Origin: the human T2T-CHM13v2.0 reference genome, Homo sapiens | Reading direction: 5' to 3' (one strand) | NCBI RefSeq assembly: GCF_009914755.1 | Contig: NC_060948.1 | DNA length: 64,000 nt | Shown: in pieces, positions 50,139 through 64,000 of the stretch | Position numbering within the stretch: position 1 is the stretch's first letter | Layout: each line of letters starts with the position of its first letter | Program-made: the position numbers and the translations under genes | The notes under the pieces: model-generated | What the model was told of the DNA's origin: nothing | Databases searched by the model: none | The model's input: the letters and a program-made list of their open reading frames with translations, nothing else

Positions 50139-50526
50139 CTTGGATAGCATAAAGCCCTCAATCAGCTCCAGGAGGCGTGTCGGGAACGGAGGCAGGGTCT
50201 CCCGAGTCCTGTGACACTCAGCCTCTGCCGTGGCCTGTCCCGCCTCTCCCGCCTCGGCCTTCTCATCGCGGCTGCCCGCGTCCCTCTGAGTGGGCTCCGA
50301 GCCGCCCCCCTCCACGTCACTGAGGTCTTCGAAGGTGTCCGCGGCCGGGATGGGGTCGTGCTTGACACTCCGCCGCAGGTCCTCCGGACGGGGCGGGTAG
50401 TAGAGCTTCACCAGCTGCTTGCAGAAGTGGTTCAGCGGGAATCCCACCACGTTCAGAAAGTCCCCGTGTACGGACTCCACCAGCATGCCGCCCAGGGCCT
50501 GGATCCCGTAGCCGCCAGCTTTGTCC
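50139..50526 (-). CDS. ASMTL: ASMTL exon 7 (Maf C-terminus, acidic linker, start of methyltransferase domain)
   Basis: ccag|G GAC AAA GCT GGC...TCC AAG|gtacc; contains Maf motifs DKAGGYGIQ and NVVGFP; 388 nt. Confidence 0.97.
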
Positions 50527-50899
50527 CTGGGTGGGCAGGGGAAGGTAAGAGGTGACAAGGAGGAGAAAAGTTCCTGGGTCTGAACATTTCACGGCTGGGA
50601 GGCGGAGGTGGGTGGATCACGAGGTCGGGAGATCGAGGCCATCCTGGCTAACACAGTGAAACCCTGTCTCTACTAAAAAAAATACAAAAAATTAGCCAGG
50701 CGTGGGGGCAGGCGCCTTTGGCATCTCAAAAAAAAAAAAAAAAGAAAAACAATTTCACAGCAAGGCTGGGCGCAATGGCTCACGGCTGTAATCCCAGCAC
50801 TTTGGGAGGCCGAGACGGGTGGATTACTTGAGGTCAGAAGTTCAAGACCAGCCTGGCCAACACGGTGAAACCCCATCTCTACTAAAAATACAAAAATTA

Positions 50900-51121
<222 letters not shown>

Positions 51122-51265
51122 TCATCATTAAATCAAGCCAATTATCCCATTCAGCATCTCATCTACGAATTGTGTGTGTGTGTGTAGGGAGAAGACTTCA
51201 GATCTAGTGTGCTGGCAATTTACCAGTAAGACACTGTTCCTGTAAACCACAGTCACAGGCTGTAA

Positions 51266-51539
<274 letters not shown>

Positions 51540-51892
51540 TGATGCGCCTGCCTCGGCCCCCCAAAGTGCTGGGATTACAGGTGTGAACCACCACGTCTGG
51601 CCCTCTTTTCTCTTTCTTATTTTATCTATTTTTTTTTTTCAAGACAGGGTCTCACTCGGTTGCTCAGGCTGAAGTGCAGTGGTACATTCTTGGTTCTCTG
51701 CTCCCTCAAAATTCTGGGCTCAAATGATGCTGTAATCTCAGCCTCCCACGTAGCAGGGACACACTCAGCTAGTTTTATCATTTTTTATAAAGATGGGGTT
51801 TCACTCTGTTGCCCAGGCTGGTCTCGAACTCCTGGGATGAAGTGATCCTCCCGTCTTGGCTTGAGCTACTGTGCCCGGCCTGTCTTTCTTTA

Positions 51893-52258
<366 letters not shown>

Positions 52259-52389
52259 TCATTAAATCAAGCCAATTATCCCATCGAGCACCTCATGTAC
52301 CTATTCTGTGTGTGTGGGGAGAAGACTTCAGATGTAGTGTGCTGGCAATTTTCCAGTAAGACACTGTTCCTGTAAACCACAGTCACTAG

Positions 52390-52720
<331 letters not shown>

Positions 52721-53184
52721 TGATTTAAATCTTGTATCCTTTGACCAAGTGCAACTGTTTTATATTCCATATAAGTGAGATCCTGTGGTATGTGTCTTCT
52801 TCTGCCGGGCTTATTTCAATTGATGTAAAATCCTCTAGGTTAATATACATATATATTACGCAGACTCCATCTCTACAAAAACTAACAATAAAATCGGCCG
52901 CGTGTGTTGGTGCGTGTCCTGTGGTCCCACCTACTCAGGAGGCTTTGGTGGAAGGATCGCCTGAGCCCAGGAGTTCAAGACCAGCCTGGGCAACATAGTG
53001 AGACCCCATTGCTACAAAAAATAGAAAAAATTAGCCAGGCGTGGTGGTATGCGTCTGCAGACCCAGCCACTAGTGGGGCTGAGGTGAGAGGATCATTTTG
53101 ACTCAAGAGGTTGACGCTGCAGTGAGCTATGACTGTACCACTGCACTCCAGCCTGGGTGACAGAGTGAGACCGTGTCTCAAAAA

Positions 53185-54205
53185 AATAAATAAAATTATT
53201 TATATAAATATATAAAATAAACATATATTTTATACAAATGTATTTATATACATATATTTATATATTTATATACTTTTATAATATAAAAATATATTTTATA
53301 TAATTATATATTTATATAACACATAATACATTATATATTATATATAACTAATATGTATTACATATATTTAATTAATATATAATTTACATATAATCACACT
53401 TTATATTATTATGTAATATGTATTAATATGCAGTTACATATATTAATCATATTTAATACATATTACATATTATCCATATATTCATATATTTCTATATTAT
53501 ATAAATATATAATTATATTTTATAATATATAATCATTTTATAATTATATATATAATTATATATAATTTATATTTATATAATTGTTTATAATTATATATAA
53601 TTATATATCATTTATAATTAATTATATATAATTATAAATTATATTTATATATAATTATAAATATATGTAATTATATATTTATATATAAATAAAATTAAAT
53701 ATATAAAATATATAAAATTATATATTTTATATATAATTATAAATAATTATAAATATAAATTATATAATTTATATATAATTATAATCGATTATAACTACCT
53801 ATTATATAATCTATTTTAACAGTTATATAACCTATCATATAATCTATTATAACAGTATGTATTATAATAGATGGTATATATTACATTAATATTAATCACT
53901 ATTAAAATTAATCATTAAAAATCATTAAATTTCAATCAAAAGTGTTAATATATAATCTATATTATAATATCTATATGTAATATAGTATACATATTACAGT
54001 ATAATCTATTATAGTATATAATACAATATATTATAAATATATAATATATAATTTGTATAATGTAGATTATATATAATTAATAGAATATATAATGTGGAAT
54101 ACATAAATTATATATAATTGTAAATATATATCATGTTACATTATATAATGTATAATTATGTAGACATTATATGACATATGATGTAGATAAATATAATACA
54201 TATAA
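53185..54205. repeat. ~1-kb extremely AT-rich (TA)n-like tract
   Basis: Almost only A/T inside a GC-rich region; contains the perfect palindrome TTATAATCGATTATAA at 53779-53794. Confidence 0.95.
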
Positions 54206-54672
54206 ACGCAAATGGTGGGTGATGAAGTGAAGCTGATTGGTGCACGCATACTTCCCGTGCTCACCAATCTCTGGACGGGACGACAGGTACAATCACCTCT
54301 TAGGGTGACTTTGGATCACAGAGTTTATTCGTGTTAATTGCAGCCAGCGTCCTGGGCACAGACCTCTGGGGTCTCCTCCTCCCACCAAGTGAACTCCTCT
54401 ACCCCTGCCCAGCGCCTCCCCAGTCCCCACCGCAGCCCAGCGTTGGCTCCCACCCTGCCCCTCTCTGTCCTGGGAGTTTGCCTCTTTGAGCCTCCATGGG
54501 TCAGTGTGGTCGTGAAGGGTTTGTGCTTCTGAGCCGGGCGGCTCTCCCTGTGCCACACGGCCCCCGGAGCGGGGCCTCCTTCTTTCCCAAAGGCTGGGTG
54601 GGACACCCCACGTGTGAGGGTGGCCAGGCTTCCACACGTGTCCCCCGTCCCCCCACCGCCCCCGAGACTCAC

Positions 54673-54781
54673 ATGGGCTCCCCGCTGTGGACGTATTCCC
54701 AGAGCAGCTCCTCGGACAGCTCCGAGAACTTCACCTTCGTTTCCTCGTAGAATTCCGAGACCCTGGTGTCCAGCTGATGGT
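54673..54781 (-). CDS. ASMTL: ASMTL exon 6
   Basis: gcag|AC CAT CAG...CCC AT|gtgagt; translates HQLDTRVSEFYEETKVKFSELSEELLWEYVHSGEP(M); 109 nt. Confidence 0.95.
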
Positions 54782-54952
54782 CTGCAAGGACACAGCCGTG
54801 GGGGTGAGCGTGGACGCCAGCTTGTCACCTCCGTGCCCTGACAGCTGCGTGGCTGTGCTGTGGAGGTGTGTACTCGAGCGCAGCGCACAGTTCAGATATG
54901 GATGCTTCATGGGAGAATAAGGTTCATTTCGGACAAGAAAAGGGAGAAAGGG

Positions 54953-57385
<2,433 letters not shown>

Positions 57386-58234
57386 ACTGCCTGGGCCGGG
57401 CACCGTGGTGCACACCTGCAGTCCCAGCAATATGGTGAACACCTGCAGTCCCAGCACTTTGGGAGGCTGAGATGGGAGGATTTCTTCAGCCCAGGAGTTC
57501 GAGACCAGTCTGGGCAACATAGCAAGACCGCACCTCTATAAAAAATACAAAAATGAGCCAGGTGTGGTGGCGTGTGCCTGTAGTTTCTGTGACTGTAGGG
57601 GCTGAGGCGGGAGGATCGCTGGAGCTCAGGAGGTCGAGGCTGCAGTGAGCTATGATCACACCACTGCACTCCAGCCTGGGTGACAGAGGGAGACCCTGTC
57701 TCAAAAAAAAAAAAAAAAAAAAGAAAGAAAGAGAAAGGCCGGGTGCAGTAGCTCACACCTGTAATCCCAGCACTTTGGGAGGCTGAGGCGGGTGGATCAC
57801 CTGAGGTCAGGAGTTCGAGACCAGCCTGGCCAACATGGTGAAACCCCGTCTCTACTAAAAATACAAAAATTAGCCGGGCATGGTGGTGGGCACCTGTAAT
57901 CCCAGCTACTGAGGCAGAAGGATCACTTGAACTTGGGAGGCGGAGGTTGCAGTGAGCTGAGATCGTGCCACTGCCCTCCAGCCTGGGTAAGAGAGCGAGA
58001 CTCCATCTCAAAAAAAAAAAAAAGAAAGAAAAAGAAAAAGATAAAACCACACGTTTTCCTTTGTCCTGCAGACTTCCAAATCGGCGGACAACTTTCCCAA
58101 GCAGGACATAGGCACAAACCCCTCCACAGGTGGGGGTGAGCAACCGTCCTCCTCCCTCAAGCCAAGGGTCCCGAGAATGTCCCGGGTCCTTCTCTCGGCC
58201 TCTGGGGCTACCCCGAAACCTGGGCCGCGGTTAC

Positions 58235-58296
58235 CTTTGCTGGAGCAGTGGACGATCGCGACACCTGTGAACACGCTGTGTTCTCTCCCACTCAAC
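58235..58296 (-). CDS. ASMTL: ASMTL exon 5
   Basis: acag|G TTG AGT GGG...AGC AAA G|gtaac; translates LSGREHSVFTGVAIVHCSSK, Maf motif LSGxxHxVxTG; 62 nt. Confidence 0.96.
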
Positions 58297-58905
58297 CTGT
58301 AAGACAACAACGGGTGACCACGTGACCATGCTGTGACCCGTGGGAGCTACAAAGCGAGTTTCTCAAAACCAGGGGAGGCAGCGAGGCGTCCTTAATCCTG
58401 GATCCGTCCCCAGCATCTTCTCCCCGATCGTCCCGCTGTGGGGTCTCCAGGGAAACCTTTATGGAGAGGCCGGGGAAGGGGTCACAAATCCCACCAGCAG
58501 TGGCCCTGACGGGAGGCGCCAGGCCAGGCAGCTCTCAGCTGGGCCTATGGCGGGCAGGGGGTGCATCTCTTCCACGTCCTGGGATGGGGATGACGTCCCA
58601 GGCTACGGGCTCAGGTCCAGGATGCCCAGTGGGAAGGACAGGACACTGCCAACTTCTCATGACCCCAACAGTCTGCAGTGGGCATGAGACATTCTGGGAT
58701 CAGTGCTGCAGAATCCTAGACAAGGATGAGCATGGAGGGATAGTGCCTGCCTCCCTGCATAGCTCAGACAGCACAGCTCAGACAGCACAGCTCAGACGGC
58801 AGAGCTGACAGAGATCCACCCTGCTCCCCAGGACACCCGGCCAGATACCACAGCTACTCTGTGGCTCAGAACCCGAGAGGGCTCAGAGGCCAACATGGTG
58901 CTTAC

Positions 58906-58970
58906 CGGGACAGCATCCTGTAGGCGTCCTGCTTGTCCACCGGCTTCTCCAGAATCAGCCCCCCGACCGT
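58906..58970 (-). CDS. ASMTL: ASMTL exon 4
   Basis: gcag|ACG GTC GGG...TCC CG|gtaagc; translates TVGGLILEKPVDKQDAYRMLS(R), Maf motif ILEKP; 65 nt. Confidence 0.96.
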
Positions 58971-59064
58971 CTGCGAGAGGAAGGGACAGAGGGAGTTGGT
59001 TCCCACCGGCTGGGTCAGGCCTGTGCAAGTCCCACGGTCCCATTCGCAGAAGTCACTTGTTTTA

Positions 59065-60060
<996 letters not shown>

Positions 60061-60061
60061 G

Positions 60062-60815
60062 ATGTATTAGTCTGACTGGGCCACCATAGCAAAGTCCTAC
60101 AACCCAGGTGGCTTAAACTACAGACATTGATTCTCCCACCGTCGTGGAGACTGGAAGGGCGAGATCCAGGTGTGGGCAGGGCTGGTTCCTCCTGAAGCCT
60201 CTCTCCTGGGCTTGGAGATGCCATCTTCTCCCTGTGTCCTCACAGAGTCGTCCCTCTGTATCTGTGTCCTCATCTCCTCTTCTTATGAGATGCTTTAGTC
60301 CATCTCAGGCTGCTGTCACAGAATACCACAGACTGGGTGGCTTATAAACAACAGGCAGTGATTCTCCCACAGCCCTGGAGGCTGGAGGTCTGAGATCCAG
60401 GTGTGGGCAGGGCTGGTTCCTCCTGAGGCCTCTCTCCTGGGCTTGTAGACGCCATCTTCTCCCTGTGTCCTCACAGGGTCATCCCTCTGTGTGTGTCTGT
60501 GTCCTTATCTGCTCTTCTTATGAGGTGTCTTAGTCCATTTCAGGCTGCTAAAACAATACTATAGACTGGGTGGCTTAGAAACAGCAGACATTGATTCTTC
60601 CATAATCCTGGAGTCTGGAAGTCTGAGATCCAGGTGTGGGCAGGGCTGGTTCCTCCTGAGGCCTCTCTCCTGGGCTTGGAGACGCCGTCTTCCCCCTGTG
60701 TCCTCACAGGGTCGTCCCTCTGTGTGTGTCTGTGTCCTCATCTCCTCTTCTTATGAGATGTCTTAGTCCATTTCAGGCTGCTATCACAGAATACCATAGA
60801 CTGGGTGGCTTATGA
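60062..60815 (-). repeat. Inverted copy of the ~235-bp MLT1A-derived tandem array (~3 units)
   Basis: Reverse complement of the unit, 'gatccaggtgtgggcagggctggttcctcctga', at about 60163, 60394 and 60627. Confidence 0.88.
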
Positions 60816-60846
60816 ACAAAAGACATGGGCCGGGCGTGGTGGCTCA

Positions 60847-61182
<336 letters not shown>

Positions 61183-62307
61183 TTATGAGTGGTGTTGTTA
61201 AAAGAAGGGGAAAATTTCAGCCGGGCGCGGTGGCTCACGCCTGTCATCCCAGCACTGTGGGAGGCTAAGGCGGGCAGATCACTTGAGGTCGGGAGTTTGA
61301 GACCAGCCTGGCCAACATGGTGAAACCCCGTCTCTACTAAAAATACAAAAATCAGCCGGGCGTGGTGGCGGGTGCCTGTGATCCCAGCTACTCAGGAGGC
61401 AGGAGAATCGCTTGAACCAGGGAGGCGGAGGTCCCGGTGAGCCGAGATCACGCCACTGTAATCCAGCCTGGGCAACACAGTGAGACTCTCTCTCAAAAAA
61501 AAAAAGAAGAGGGAAATTTGGCCACAGACACCCAGAGGGGAGAAGGCCACATGGAGATGGAGGCACAGATAGGAACCACAGGGCCATGAGCGAAAGGTGA
61601 CAATGGGTTGCCAACAGCCTCCAGCAGCTGGAGAAAGACCAAGACCAACTTCTCCTCAGTACCTCTGGAAGGAAGAAACCCTACAGACACCGTGATTTGT
61701 GGTTGCTGGCCTCTAGAACTGCGTACCTTCCTGTGCCTTTTGAGACGGAGTCTCGCTCTTGTCACCCAGGCTGGAGTGCAGTGGCGCGATCTCGGCTCAC
61801 TGCAACCCCGCCTCCTGGGTTCGAGCGATTCCCCTGCCTCAGCCTCCCGAGTAGCTGCGATTACAGGCGGAGTCTGTATTCTGTATCATTGATGATATAG
61901 AATTAATGTAGCTTATCTGTTACTATGTGTTATAATATTCTCTTGCAATTGATATCATATAGTATCACTTATGATACTATCAATTAGCCACCACGTCTGG
62001 CTAATTTTTGTATTTTTAGTAGAGATGGGGTTTTACCGTGTTGGTCGGGCTGATCTCGAACCCATGACCTAAGGTGATCCGCCCACCTCGGCCTCCCAAA
62101 ATGCTGGGATGACAGGGGTGAGCCACGGCGCCTGGCCCCTTCCCGTGCCCTTAGGCCCCTCATCTGCTGGTAGTTTGTGATGGGAGTTTCTGGAAGCGAG
62201 TCCACTGCTGTCTTAAGGGGAATGTACAACATCCACAAGAGGCAGAATCACCAAGCACAGGAAAACCACATCGGACATTAGAAACGAGGCACCCTGGCCG
62301 CACTCAC

Positions 62308-62355
62308 CACGATCGTGTCCGCTCCAATGACCACGTCGGGGGCCCGCAGGTCTTT
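62308..62355 (-). CDS. ASMTL: ASMTL exon 3 (Maf IGADT motif with the catalytic Asp); exons 1-2 lie beyond the window
   Basis: acag|AAA GAC CTG...ATC GTG|gtgagt; translates KDLRAPDVVIGADTIV; 48 nt. Exons 3-13 sum to 1641 nt in one open frame. Confidence 0.95.
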
Positions 62356-63027
62356 CTGTAAGAAAACCAGATTCCGGTTTACCGGTGACATGCCGTGGGT
62401 CTCACAGAGAAGTTTTCCCGTCGGTACGGGCGTGAAAGAGCACCGCAGGGGCGAAGCCAGGCCGACTTTGGAAGTGAAGGCTGGGGGTGCTCAAGGTCAC
62501 GAGCAAGGACACAAGTGGGTCCCCCCGGTGGTCGCCCTGCAGGGGCTGGAACGTGGGTGAGGCCGGGGCCCACGGGGGCTGCGTGATCAGGGGTCAGGCA
62601 CTCACGGAGCATCTCACGGGCACTACGGGAAACGCAATGCCTGTTCCGTAAGCTTTTGTTCTTCCGGGCGGCAGGTAAGGTTTGATTCAGGGGCCCCAAA
62701 CCTCCCTGAGTTACCCAGAATTAAGGCCAAAAGGTTTTTGATCCGTTCAATGTAATTTCAGAAAAAGCTACTTAGGGCTGGGCGCGGTGGCTCACGCCTG
62801 TCATCCCAGCACTCTGGGAGGCCGAGGCGGGCGCATCTCCTGAGGTCAGGAGTTCGAGACCAGCCTGGCCAACATGGTGAAACCCCGTCTCTACTAAAAA
62901 TACAAAATATCAGTCGGGCACCTGTAATCTCAGCTACTCAGGAGGCTGAGGCAGCAGAATCGCTTGAACCTAGGAGGCGGAGGTTGCAGTGAGCCAAGGT
63001 TGCGCACCTGCACTCCAGCCTGGGTGA

Positions 63028-63537
<510 letters not shown>

Positions 63538-64000
63538 TGATCCGCCCGCCTCGGCCTCCCAAAGTGCTGGGATGACAGGTGTGAGCCACTGCACCCGGCC
63601 CCGAATGTATTTCTTATATTAACAGTAATGGTATATTGTGTGGTAACACACAGCAGCAGGGAAGCTACATTAACTCTATATCCTAAATGATAGCATTATA
63701 TTCATTGTAACAGCAAGTTAAAACACACAGTAATAGCTATGTTAATTTTATATACTGTGACTGACATTATGTTAGAGTCATATATAACATATAGTAATTG
63801 ATAAGCTACATTAATTGTACATCCTAAATGACAGTAGTGTATTAATTATAATAGTGTATTACGGTGGGGTGCGGTGGCTCACGCCTGTAATCCCAACACT
63901 CCGGGAGGCCGAGGCGGGTGGATCACCTGAGGTCAGGAGTTGGAGACCAGCCTGGCCAACATGGTGAAGCCCCATCTCTACTAAAATAATATGTATTACA

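Overview
Human pseudoautosomal region 1 (PAR1, Xp22.33/Yp11). The window holds the last three coding exons of IL3RA (+), the complete 4-exon ADP/ATP translocase 3 gene SLC25A6 (-) with its CpG-island promoter, an intergenic stretch where I recall lncRNAs LINC00106 and ASMTL-AS1 being annotated (exon structure not derivable from sequence), and exons 3-13 of ASMTL (-), a Maf pyrophosphatase fused to an ASMT-like O-methyltransferase. All exon boundaries were read directly and their phases add up: SLC25A6 897 nt; ASMTL exons 3-13 1641 nt. The rest is dense in Alu, MaLR/MER21 LTR, L1 and Tigger remnants and low-complexity arrays, and these account for nearly all long ORFs in the track. I see no new protein-coding system. 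The unexplained structure lies in DNA dynamics. Many independent tandem arrays are built from Alu or LTR fragments (about 34, 41, 105, 118, 135, 235, 269 and 340 bp units). Several Alus carry templated or inverted insertions copied from nearby DNA. The same T>G change (GGATGACAGG) recurs in more than 20 Alu arms. Two inverted LTR-derived arrays 48 kb apart share diagnostic variants. Together these fit a region of very high recombination, gene conversion and break repair. Repeat family names and reference-protein comparisons are from memory, not from database searches.
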